DNA from: Heteronotia binoei
Lineage: Eukaryota
Assembly (NCBI RefSeq): GCF_032191835.1
Contig: NC_083230.1
Span: forward strand, 32,302,001-32,366,000
DNA length: 64,000 bases
Direction: 5' to 3'
Made by a program: the position numbers and the translations under genes. Positions 51,935 through 64,000 of this stretch are shown here, piece after piece (within the stretch, counting starts at the first letter, position 1; each line of letters starts with the position of its first letter). Under the pieces are notes generated by a model, which made no database searches, was not told the origin of the DNA, and saw nothing but the letters and a program-made list of their open reading frames with translations.

Positions 51935-54160
51935 GCAATATATCTACCATTATTGTCTTTAAAAATTAATTTTGGGTCTAATTCTTGTTTAATATAAGAA
52001 ACAAACCCCCCTTTTTCTCTCCTTGGCCAATGAACAAAATTCCATCCCAAGTTGTTTATTCCACAAAAATTTATAATCCGTTTATTTGATATGTACTTCT
52101 TGCAGGCAAATTATGTTACTTTTTTATTTCCCAATCCAATGAAAAGTTGCCCTTCTTTTTTGTGGTGAATTTAGTCCATTTATATTCCAAGATATTAATT
52201 GTAATCCATAATGGTTTTTATTTTTGATCTGTTCCCCCAAATTCCTTATGATCCCCCCAAAATTTTGTCATTTCCTGGGTATTTGTGATGGTAATTCTCT
52301 GTCCTTTATATCCAAAACTTAAACCTTCTGGGAGTACCCATCTGTATCTCATTTCATTTTCTCTCAGCTTTTCTGTCAACTTTTTATAGTCTCCTGTCGC
52401 TGATGACTTTCCTTGGCAATTCTTTCATGATTCTTACACTACTGCCATCCACCTCCAATGTGCTCTCAAATTGTTTACTCAGAATCTTTCCCACCATATC
52501 TCTTGTTACAAATCTTACTACCATATCTCTTGGTAGTTTGTTTCTTCTGGCATATTCCGAATTTACCCTGTAGATATAGTCATAGAGATGATTAGTTTCA
52601 TCTGGGTCTTCATCTAAAAATTCAGCAATAATTTTTATTATATATGTTCTTAAATCAGTCTCAATAGATTCAGGTACCCCTCTTAACCGTATCTTGTTTT
52701 CCATTAGTTTACAGTCAAATAGTAGTGCTTTCTCCTGCATTTTTTGAATACTGGAATCCACTGTGTCTATTCTTGTACCTTGGTCTTTCACCTTTTCTTC
52801 CACCTCTTGAACTTTCTTTATCGCTGCTTGAGAATCTTTCCTAAGATCTTCAATTTCTTTTTTAATTTCCTTTTTAATTTCCTTTTTAACCTCTTCTGCA
52901 CTGGACTCAATGTCCTTTTTTTCTTTCTTTTTTTCTATTTTTGACTCCTTTATTATCTTTACCTATCTTGCTTCCATAGCATCCATTGCCTCCTGCCATT
53001 TGGCCATTTTTGCTTCTTCAAGTGACCCTTGTTTGAATCTGCTTTGATGCTGATTTTTGCACAGACATCACTGTTTGCCCATTGCTTAAATAGGCTCCAA
53101 AGTTGACCTCTCAAATTCAGTTTTCAAATACACAGTCTTATAGATTGGACCATGCCCTTTTATATGAGCCCAAAATCGCCATTCCCTGATGCTCCTAAAT
53201 CCAGATATTATTTTTTTAAAAAATTTAATCCTTCAAAATGGCATCCGTGGCTTTTCTGTCCTTTTTTTTTTTTTTTAAATCCTTTTTTCTCCAAAACTGC
53301 ACCAAAGTTGATTCTGAACATATAATCCAATAGATTTCACTTTTTAATAGTGATATCTGCCGGCTCCACTATTTTTTAAAGTCCCCTTTTCTTTAATTAA
53401 TTTTTAAAATTTTGGCCTTCTTTTAATGGCCGCCAATACTTCTCTATGATTTAAAGTCCTAGAGAGGGCTGGGAGGCTTGCTGTTTTCCCTTCTCTTAAT
53501 GACTACTTCCTTCCTTTCTTGCCACAAAGTCTCGTTCTCAATGGTTAAGAAGTCTCACATTATTTCTATGACGCCATTTCCTGTGTCATCTTCACCAAGT
53601 CAGCAGTTCTCTTTGGAGGGGCTTGTCTGCTCTTGACCACAGGTATTCAAAACGATAATTATTTTTCCTACTTTAAACTTATTCCACCAATTTCACCAGT
53701 CCCAAAAATACCCCCTCCTTTATCTTCTTTATTTTAAGATGATATAGTTGGATCCAGACCTTTGTTTTTATTTTAGATTAACCTTATATTAGTCCCGGAG
53801 TGATAGATATAGATCTTTTACCTTCAAAACCAATATCTTTCTGCACACTGCTCTTTTCGGAGATAGATGTTAATCAGTCCCAAAGAAGCTTTGAATCTTG
53901 GTGAATTTAAGTCAACTTAATGACCTCAGAAATCCTCTGTAGATGATTGAATGCAGTCCTTCTCCAGGGACTCTTCAAAGCCAAAAAGGAACCCCACTGG
54001 AGTCCCTTGTCAGCCAAAGTAAATCCCCTCAGAACTTAATATGCATATCTTGGCCTTCTCCCTGCCTGGAAGAAGTAGGCAGCAGGTGTTACGATCACCT
54101 TCTCTTCCCAGAACGGAGGCTCTGGTCAGCTCCTCTGCTGAGAAGTAGCTCAATCTGCCA
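51935..54160 (-). mobile_element. 3'-truncated LINE-1: 5' UTR, ORF1 and start of the ORF2 endonuclease
   Basis: ORF 52384-52803(-) is L1 ORF1-like (NKIRLRGVPE...YRVNSEYARRNKLPRDMVVRF...VRIMKELP). ORF2 starts near 52213 with disrupted SWNINGLNSPQKRR...ICLQEVHIK motifs. Confidence 0.88.
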
Positions 54161-54164
54161 TGAC

Positions 54165-54448
54165 CAAAACCCAGACTGTTCCCTGGAAGGTCAGATGCTG
54201 AAGCTGAAGCTCAAATACTTTGGCCACCAAATGAGAAGGGAGCACTCCTTGGAGAAGATCCTGATGCTGGGAAAGACAGAAGGCAAAAGAAGAAGGGGAC
54301 GGCAAAAGATGAGATGGCTAGACAGTGTTACTGATATAACAAACACAAATTTGAGCAGACTTTGGAGGATGGTGGAAGACAGGAGGGCCTGGCGTGACTT
54401 TGTCCATGGGGTCGCAAAGAGTCAGACTTGACTGTGCAACTGAACAAC
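54165..54448 (+). mobile_element. Short RTE/BovB 3' fragment running into a gap
   Basis: NPDCSLEGQMLKLKLKYFGH...WRDFVHGVAKSQT, same family as 8744-9352. Confidence 0.92.
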
Positions 54449-54603
54449 NNNNNNNNNNNNNNNNNNNNNNNNNNNNNNNNNNNNNNNNNNNNNNNNNNNN
54501 NNNNNNNNNNNNNNNNNNNNNNNNNNNNNNNNNNNNNNNNNNNNNNNNNNNNNNNNNNNNNNNNNNNNNNNNNNNNNNNNNNNNNNNNNNNNNNNNNNNN
54601 NNN
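54449..54603. other. Assembly gap
   Basis: Run of N. Confidence 1.
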
Positions 54604-56540
54604 AGGAGCCTGCAAAAGTCTGCCAGTGGAAGGTCTTCTACCATAAGCCTGGCAGCCCTGAGCAAAGTTTGTGTGTAATTCTCCTGATTGATGAATGTCT
54701 TTGTCACTTATGTATCTGCTGAATAGCTGTCTACTTATTCTTCCCATACCTCTGACCTTCTAAAACTCGAAGCAGACACCAGCACAACAACTAGATTCAA
54801 TTTAAAAATCTAATAACTACATTTTTACCTTGCCATTCCTCAAAGGAGTAAAGATATCTCATACGTGGGATTTGAGCTTCAGCTTCAGCATCTGACCTTC
54901 CAGGGAACAGTCTGGGTTTTGCTTCATTTATCCTCACAACAACACTGTGAGGTAGTTAGATGGAAAGAGGCCCATGGTCACTCAATGGTTTCATTGAAAG
55001 CAGGGATTTCACTCTGAGATCTAGTCCCACATTCTAACCCCTATACCAAAGAAGCTATGGTTCCAAATATTGAATTGTAGTTCATTTGTTCAGTTAAGAT
55101 TAATTACAGTGGATATATCTAAAGAAGGGTTGTGTTTTAATTAGCTGCCATCCATTAGCATATGCACATAGACTCAAACCCTATCATTCAGGTGGGAAAC
55201 AACTACCAAGGACCTAATTAAACTTCTAGAGCATGGAAAATAAACAGAGGCACTCCTTACATCAAAAGCAAAGTTCATGATCCTTAGACCAATACACTTC
55301 CACACGGGGTAGAAATTACGGTATGTGCTTGTAGCATGCCTACTTTACAGTTTTACATGTACACTTAGTATATTATACATGTACTCATTCAAAATGTACA
55401 GAGAGCAGCCCTGACATGTTGGCTAAATCCCCTGAAAGGTACACTGGCTTTATTCCTTTCATTGCCTCAGGTTACTTACACAGAAAAAAAATGTAACGTG
55501 TGCGCCTATAGTGTGCCAAAACATCCAACTGTAAGTTTTGGTATCGATTCCCATTAGAGTGCTGTTTTAGCAGACGTTCTTAAATGACAGGTGTAGAGAG
55601 ATTTTTGCTATGAATTCTGTAGCAAATTCTATCATGAACTTTTGGCATCCGGTCTTGTGACTTTATAATCCCTATAGAAAGTGATAGAAAGGTTCTGCCT
55701 GTAACCCCTTTGACCTTTTATAACTTTGTATTTTTGAAACAAAACCTTCTCTATCTGATGCTGTATGAAGATACTCACTAAGGACCCTCATGTACAACTT
55801 GTATGAACCTTTTAACATCACATTATTTTAAAATATGGGTGAGGCAGAGAGAGACTATATAATACTTTTGACAACTTAAAGCAAGCATTTCCCCCCTTAC
55901 CTATGAACTCAGAGAAATATATATATTTTTAATATTAACTCTCTGCTTTGGGGAAGAATACCAAGAGACTTAAAGAAGCAATAAAGACTCCAAGCCAGAA
56001 AAAGAAAATACTCAGATAACAGAGCTTGTGATTTGTATTTTGCTGTTTACCCAGGATAAGGTCAAGAAGCAACCAGGCCACAGTTAGAATGGTATAAACC
56101 AGGTACTCTGAATTATACAATTGTTTGTGGTTTCAAGGTCAAACTAAACATGACACAGAAATACCAAGATTCAGGTCTCAAATGTAAAAATGTAGAAAGT
56201 AGCCAAGGGAAGGGGTTCGGGACAGGGAAGGAATGGTGGGGAAAGATTCATAATCAAGATTTTGTTATAGCCCCAAAGATCTGGTATTGAGCAAAAATTA
56301 AACTGTCCTCTATATTTCTAAGCTGAGGGTGCAATTGAAAACTAAATCTTAATTATTCAAAAATGTTAGAGAAACAGTCTGTTCTTGGTAAGAGGGGACT
56401 AGGGTTGCCAAGTCTAACTCAGAAAATATCTGGGGACTTTGGGGGTGGAGCCAGGAGACTCACAAATAAATAAGTAAAAATATAGCAGTACAGTTCCCCT
56501 GAATACAGTCTTCATTTCCTTAGCCCCAAGCAGCTACAAG

Positions 56541-56574
<34 letters not shown>

Positions 56575-59500
56575 TACACACACAAAGCAGCCAAAATAAA
56601 CAGCTTGCAATCCCACACTTGTGTGGTCTCATTGGGGCAATTTACTCATGAGTTGCTTTAGTTCTAAGTTCTTCAGACTAACACAGAGAAACCAAAGGTT
56701 CTAGTTTACCCTTTACTATGCAAATGACTTTTGAAAAGATTGTAAAACAAATGGAAGGTCTGGGTTGCTTTCCCTTCACTTCTTACAATTTTACAGCTCA
56801 GCAGGAGCAGTCATGTTGTTCTGCCAGCTCACCATGCCCCCATTCAGCCTGGCTCCTCGATTTAAAGGCACAGACACAGTTTAAAAAGCAAACCATTCCA
56901 AGCAAGCCTTCCGAAGTGGAAAAGCCAGGGGTTTTTTGAGCAGGATTGCACAGGAACACGGTTCTGGCTGACTTGGCATCAGGAGATGTGGCCTAGTATG
57001 TAAATGAGCTCTAGAAAAGCCCTGTGTGAAACAATGGTGGTGTTTGGAGGTGTAGCCTAATATGCAAATGAGTTCTTGCTGTGCCTTTCCCCCCCAAAAA
57101 AAGCCCTGTTTGAAACAATAGTGTTGTCAGGGTGTGTGGCTTAATATGCAAATGAGTTCCTGCTGGACTTCTTCTCCAAATAAAGCCCTGGGAAAGGCAC
57201 ATGGTGGCTGTGGGGATGGGGCTTTCTCCCGCTGGCCTGCTGACTGGGGGCGGGAAGGAGCCTATAAAACCAGGCGATCTCCTGCTGGGACCTGGGGATT
57301 GGCAAGCCTAGTGGGGACAGTGTCTTCTTCAGTGACACATACTGGGTTTTGAATAGGGTTGCAAAGTTCTAGGGCCTGGAGAGCTGCTAGAATTACAACT
57401 GAGATCTAGACTATGCTTTGAAGGGTGAAGTCTATAGCATTGTACTCTGCTAAGGACTCTCCCACTCCATATCCTTTTTAAGTTCCACCCTTAAATCTCC
57501 AGGAATTTACCAACTCAGAGTTGGCAGCCCTAGTTTTGAAGGCAAAACTAATACACAGGTTTGAAAGCATTGCTGTTTGCACTGATGCCAAACCACCAGA
57601 ACAGGGTACAGGCCTAAGCCATGGAATTATCAGTTCTAGGTTTTGGTTTCTAATACTTACAGACTAGAATAAAATAAAGACAAAACTTATACTTAACATT
57701 CAAAATATGTAGTATCTATCGGAGAGAAATTATTGCTGCTCTCTTTGTTTAAAGTGACTGTTTAGATAGCTGACCCTGTCAATTGCTTTGCAAACTTTCT
57801 TAGGCTGATTTACACTTTGAGGACAAAACAAGTAATTCCATGAGGCTGAAAAGGCTTGACATTTTAGAATGAATTGCGTATTTCTACCCTGTCAACAAAG
57901 CCCCAGAGCAGTCCTTCAGATTCTGCACTCACATGGCTTGTACTCACTTTAAATCAAGTTTGCATTTTACAGAGTTCACTAGACTGACTTTGTTTAGCAC
58001 AGGCAGATGTTATGGGCTGGACCAGCTAAAGCACCGCTCATGAATAGAAAGACATCTTTTATGGGTGGAAGAACCTCCATGAGCAGAAGGATAGTTTATT
58101 GTTGGGATTCAACCCACTGGCTTTTAAGTATTTCACATGAACCAAATTTAAATACAGATTGTAGAGGTGGAGTGACATTGTTATAAATGTGGTATCAGGA
58201 AAGATTAGATGCAAGTCTTGAATTGTGTCGGGCTTTCTGGCATTCCTACTTTATTTTTATAATGGTCACCTCTGTAATATTCTTACCTGTAACATGCTTT
58301 CCATCTATAAATTTGTGGAGTATCATCAGTATTTCTAACTATTAAATATTTAGGATATGCTGAAATATTCAATGAAAAAGAAATGACACAGTCATCTGAT
58401 TGTCAAAGAAAAATATTAGGTAAATTAACCCAGTAGCATCAGGGTACATTTAAAGTGCAAAGATTATAGGCAAGAAAAAAAATTGAATTGGATTAAGAAA
58501 AATTAGCATTCTCCTGTGCCTGCTATTGTACAGGTACCAAATGGGCTTGGAGGGGGCCCTGAATAAAGGAAGTATTTTTGAAGAACAGGAAGCAGTAATT
58601 TCAAAGTCCAGCGAATGTATCTAAAAACCACTCAGATTACCTGAGTCTGCTATGGACACACAAGAAGATAATACATAATGAGACTAGTACTTCTCTATAA
58701 TGTTCTGTTGCTGGGTGCCTTGTATCTCATTAACTAATAATACATGCTTTGCCATCTTTATACATCTTGGGAAACATCTACCAATAACGGAACTGCAAAG
58801 CATGTGCACCCACTAAAACAGACATATATGTGATCTTCTCATTAAACAAAGTACACAGTTTCTCTGCAACCTCATGAGTAAAATACTGAAAACACCTAAG
58901 AAAAGCTGCCTTTGTTCTTCCTAGTCTTGGAATAAAATGAGATATTGTTAAAGGGGATTCTAGGTTAATCCTGAGGATGCCTCTGATGGTCTGTGCATAT
59001 AGGGTAGGTACTCTCAAGGCATTTAGAATTTGGTGGGACATCAGAAAATGAATGGCTAGATCTTAACAAATAGAAGATAGTAAACAGAAAACAAGAGCAT
59101 GAGTCCATATAATACCAACATTTCCACTAACTTGTCCATCCTATACTTATGGTTTCTGTGTACTTTGGTGGTACGTATTCATTTGTTAAAACAGTTTATA
59201 TTTTCTATCTCAAAAGAAAGATTTCATATTTAGTAGCTTTCTGCAGCATGCCAATTCTCTGTTGACAAATAGTGAAGTAGCCCCATACTATCTGTGTTAT
59301 TAAGCACTAAAAGGAACCTCAAAGAGCCTTGGAGCTGTTAGGATACAGCTCAGACTAATTTCTGCATTAGCCAGTTGCAGGTGGTGATTGGGCAGATAGT
59401 CTAGAAGCACTGTGGTGAAGAAAAATGAAACTCTGATGGCTATGTGATCAGACATCATTCTGTTTCTGCTTGGTTAGTTAACATGCCATTTCCAGGGCAT

Positions 59501-60165
59501 AAATTCTACATGTTATTTTTGAACATGCACTATCTTTCCTTAACTTCAGTCCACTTATGATGCATTCTTGAGCATATACATAAAACCTTTCACTGAAAGT
59601 GAAAAATCGGCATTTGGGTAGCAGAAAGCCCCTTTTTTTTGCTCTAGATACGAAAAGTGTTTTATGATTTACTAATCCTGAATTAGCCCTACGCATTAAT
59701 GCACTTATGTTCTCATCATCACCCTTAACACAGGGATAGCTTTTGTCTGAGGATGAGCCCTTCCCCAGTCTCATTGGTGGCCCTGCCCCAGCCTCTGGAG
59801 CCATGCCCAAAGGGAAAGAAACTGACAATAGCAACAAAGGTAACAGGCAGCCCCAAACTCGCTGCAGCTGGCATGAGCCTCAGAAGACCAGAACGGCAGC
59901 AGAAGATTAGCAGTAAGTATGGCATCATTGCAGAAAAGCAGGAGCCCAGTAGGGAGGAGGGAGGACAGGCAGCAGGGCAGTCACTGGGACTGGGTGGCCC
60001 TCTGAAAACTGGCTCAGACCAGCTGGTAGGAATTTCCTCTCTGGCAGACCTCCCAGGACAGCCTATCAGGAGCTGACAGGTGACAGATATAGGGACCTAT
60101 CATAGAAAAGGCGAGGGAGAGGAACTACCTCAACCCTGCTCTGACAGGCTAGGCCATATAGAGGG

Positions 60166-60452
60166 TGTTGTGTCTTGCATTTTGGTCCCTGAGTTTACAA
60201 CACAGTGCGTCTACATGTGCTAAGGTGACCAGCGGGAAACCACAGGTCATCTGACTGTAAGGGACAGATGCTAACAGCCTATGAAGATCTGTGGCATGAA
60301 GTTTAACTGATCAGGATTGGACCTGACTGGGAAGTGGGTTGTTCCAGGTGAATGTATATAATTGGGGACCTGGACCCACCATGCTGTCTTTGTGATGTAC
60401 TCCCTAATAAAGAACATTGACTGCTGATCATCTCAGAACTCAGTACATTATA
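60166..60452 (+). repeat. 5' LTR of the Mag-like Gypsy element
   Basis: TG start, TATATAA near 60355, AATAAA near 60405, PBS immediately downstream. Confidence 0.85.
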
Positions 60453-63400
60453 CTGGCGATGAAGGTGGGATCCTGTTGAGCCAGTCTATTGCTCAGCTGC
60501 ACCGCAAGTCCACAAAAAAAGCTCCAGTGTTCTAATCCTACACTGAGTCACGCATTGTGGCTGGGATCATGTCTGTCGCTCCAGGACAACCCTTACCAGA
60601 GTTCAACTCCACCAGGCCAGATCTGTGGGAGTCATGGGTGGACCGGCTCAGCTACTACATTGAATTGCACAAGATGGAGGAAGCCATGGGGGAAAAGGCA
60701 CTTCTCCTGAGTTCGTGCGGAGTAGAGACCATCCAGCTGATGAAGCGGCTCATCGCATCTACAACCCTTGTGGCCATCATGTTCAAGGACCTGGTCAAGG
60801 TTATGACAGACCACTTATCACCACAACCTTCCCACCTCACACGCAGACATGCATTCTACATGGCAGAATTCTAGATTCTAGGCAGCAGCAACAGGTCGAG
60901 TCCGCAGAGGAATACCTCTCCGAACTCCGAGTTTTCGCCCTGCAATGTGAATACACAGGTGACCTGGAGGAAATCCTGCTCGATTGATTCGCGGTGGGCA
61001 TCTGGGAGGAGAAACTGCTCTGCAAACTGCTGGCCACTGACAACATTACCCTCACGAAGGCGTTCCAACAGGCGACTGCCTTCGAGCAGGCACACAGTGG
61101 CCACTCCACAACAAGTGCACACCAGGCCGCCACCGCATCGGCTTCCGATGGCTTGGATCGGGAAGAGGCACACCAGCTACACTGCCAGCCCCACCATGGC
61201 CTGCAGCTCACAGCTCAATCAAGGGCTACCGAAAAGCCAGCCACGACAAAGTGCACCAGCTGCAGGGATCCTCATGAGCGCCGCAACTGCCTGTTCTGGA
61301 ACATGGACTGCAGGAACGGCAGGAAAGTGGGTCACACTGTATGAGCCTGCCGGGCCAAGTCTCACCGGAGGCACCAGTCCATGCATCTTGACTCAACCAA
61401 TGCGCACTCCATCGCCTCAACCAGTGTACAGGTATTGAACTTGCCCCAGGACACTTCCGATAAAATCAAAGTATCGGTGCTCATCAACAGGGTCCCCTGG
61501 TTGATGGAGCTGGACTTGGGCTCCTCCAAATCCATAATCTCAGAGGAGACCCTTAAAAAGCTGTGCCCCAGAGGTGGCCTGACCCTACGGCCGGCCAAAT
61601 TCATCTTGCGGGACTTTCAAAAGAACCCAGTCCAGATTAAGGGGTGGGGCTGAATCCAGGTGCAATTTAAACTTTTTGATGGGATGCTGGACATCCTGGT
61701 GGTGTGGCACCAACTCACCACTTTACTGGGTTTAGCCTGGTTCAAGCCACTGGAGATAGAAATTGTGGGGGTGAACCAAGTCCAAGCCCAAAATTTCGAC
61801 CATGTGTGCAAAGAGTTCCCGAGGTATTCGATGGGGCTTTGGGCTGCTACAAAGGGCTGCCCATCTCATTACAACTTAGCCCCATGGTCCGGCCCATAAG
61901 GCTTAAGGCACAGTGGGTCCCATTCACATTAAAACCCAAGATTGACGCCGAACTGCACCATCTCGTGGCACAGGGGGTATTGGAGCCAGTCTCCCATGCG
62001 GCTTGGGAGACGCCCATAGTCACACCCATGAAGCATAACGGGGATGTTCGCATCTGCGCAGACTACAAGTGTACCATAAATAAGGTCCTACAGGACCACG
62101 CATACCCTGTGCCAGTAGTGAGCCATGTCCTAGCATCATTGGCAGACTCTAAGGTTTTTGGGAAGCTAGGCCACAAATCGCTTCTGGTGGATGAACAAAC
62201 AGCAGAGGTACAGACTATTATTACACACCGGGAGGCCTTCAGGGTCCAGTGGTTATAATTTGGGGTCAGCATAGCTCCGGGAATTTTCCAAAATTTCATG
62301 GGCTCTCTCCTTAAAGGAATTCCTGGAGTGCAACCATTCTTCGATAACGTTCTGATAGTGGCTCCCAACATTGAATAATTCAGCTGTTGCCTCCACAAGG
62401 TCCTGCACCGTTTTCAGACTGAAGGGCTAAAGGTGAAGTGAGAGAAGTGTTCTCTAGGGGTTCCCAGGGTGCAGTTATTGGGTTTTGCGGTCAACGCTGT
62501 AGGAATCCACTTGACCGATGCTAAAACTAGGGCGATCATCCAAGTTCCAGCCCCCACTTGTAAGGCAGAACTTCAGGTGTTCTTGGGACCTGAACTTTTA
62601 CCACTCATTCCTGCCCCACAAGGCCACCCTCGCTGAACCCCTACATAGGCTCCTTGACAAACATGCCCTGTGGGTCTGAGGAAAAAAGCAGGCCGCTGCC
62701 TTCCAAGCAGTCAAGAACATTCTGGTCTCGAACAGGATGCTGCACCACTTTGACGAAACCCTCCCAGTGGTCCTGGCTTGTGATGCCTCCCTGTACGGCA
62801 TCTGCGTGGTCCTGGGCCACCAACTTCCAGATGGGTGAGAGGTTCCCATGGCTTACGACTCCCACACCTTGACTCCTGAGGAGCAAAATTACACCCAAAT
62901 TGATAAGGAGGCATTGGCAATCGTGGTGGAAGTGCACAAATTCCACACTACATTTAAGGGCGGCACTTCACAATTGCCACGGACCACAAGCCACTGCTGG
63001 GCCTCTTCGCCTCGGACTGCCAGACCCTGCAGATCCTGCCCCAACACATCCTGTGGTAGAACAACTTCCTCCGTGCCTACACATACATGCTGGTCTACAG
63101 GCCGGGGAAGTCGATGGACCATGCAGACACCCTCAGCCACCTCCCACTGCCATCGCAGGACCCTGATCCGGTGCCTGCTCACCACATAATGCTAATAGAG
63201 GCTCTGCCCGATAGGCCTCTCTATGCTGCTTTCTCAGGCTGCAACTGTATCCTTGCACGTGTTTTGGACTGGGTGGGGAGGGGTTAGCCCTCTGGCAAGG
63301 TTGATGCAGAGTTTAGGGCCTATGCATCCCACCGAGATGAACTTTCGGTGCACAAAGATTGCCTCCTGTGGAGTAGCAGTGGGGTAGTTCCCCCCCCCCC

Positions 63401-64000
63401 ATTCCAGAAGCAAGTGCTTGAAACCTTGCATGAGATGCACCTGGGACTAGAGCATATGAAGGCCCTGGCACAAAGCTATGTATGGTGGCCAGGGATGGAC
63501 AAAGAAATAGAGGGGTGGGTAAAATTATGCCAGCCCTGCCAAGTGTCCAGGCCAGATCTGCCCAGCACCCCCACTCACTGCTGGGGATCCAACCACACGC
63601 CATGGTCCCAGCTACACTTAGACTTTGTGGGGCCATACCAAAGCCAGATATTTTTCATCCTGGTTGATGCTTACACAAAGTGGCTGGAGGTGTTTCCAAT
63701 AGCCTCAACCTCCACCCTAGCCATGGTCCGAGTGCTACGCAGGGCCTTTAGCACATGTGGGATACTGGAGACCATGGTGATGGACAACGGGACCGCATTC
63801 ACCTCCCAGGAATTCCAGGAGTTCTTGGAAATGTACCTCATCTATCACATACAGTCTGCCCCATTCCATCCAGCCACTAACAGCCAAACGGAGCGCATGG
63901 TCTGTACGACTAAGGAGGCCCTGGGTCGCATTGTGTTTGGGGATTGGGACTATCACCTGGCCACCTTCCTTTTCAAGAACTGGACTACCCTGAACACTGT
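60166..64000 (+). mobile_element. Degenerate Ty3/Gypsy LTR retrotransposon (Mag-like), truncated by the window edge
   Basis: 5' LTR 60166-60452 (TGTTG...ATTATA). PBS TGGCGATGAAGGTGGGAT (tRNA-Ser GCT type) at 60454-60471. gag LWESWVDRLSYY with Cys/His knuckle remnants, protease ELDLGSS, RT WETPIV...VRICADYKCTINK and PFFDNVL, RNase H VLACDAS, integrase HEMH...YVWWPGMDKEI...CQPCQ and PWSQLHLDFVGP. Many stops and frameshifts. Confidence 0.95.

Noticed and set aside
58500-58625. Possible terminal coding exon (YQMGLEGALNKGSIFEEQE...)
   Set aside because: Only a plausible acceptor and 29 codons, with no recognisable protein or upstream partner exon.

Overview
Eukaryotic, repeat-dense vertebrate DNA. 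The repeats (Sauria SINE, RTE/BovB, L2, CR1, L1, Penelope ends, a Squam3-like tRNA SINE) point to a squamate, probably a gecko, and four N gaps suggest a short-read assembly. I could not identify any host protein-coding gene, so the window looks intronic or intergenic. The main observation is a decayed non-autonomous Ty3/Gypsy (Gmr1-like, SCAN-type gag) LTR element at about 11631-15578. Where integrase/RT/RNase H should be, it carries an intronless copy of the hnRNP A3 RRM1 domain, in frame with the C-terminal half of the retroviral-type protease. A near-identical 210-bp copy of part of this RRM lies 7.5 kb upstream. Other notable items are a Mutator-like (MULE) transposon with long TIRs and a perfect 9-bp TSD, a SINE-L1(5' end)-SINE nested or chimeric insertion, three solo LTRs with TSDs, a degenerate Mag-type Gypsy element running off the right edge, several exact local duplications (some possibly assembly artefacts), and a pre-miRNA-sized hairpin in a non-repetitive CpG-retaining stretch. 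All alignments and family assignments were made by eye or from memory and need database confirmation.
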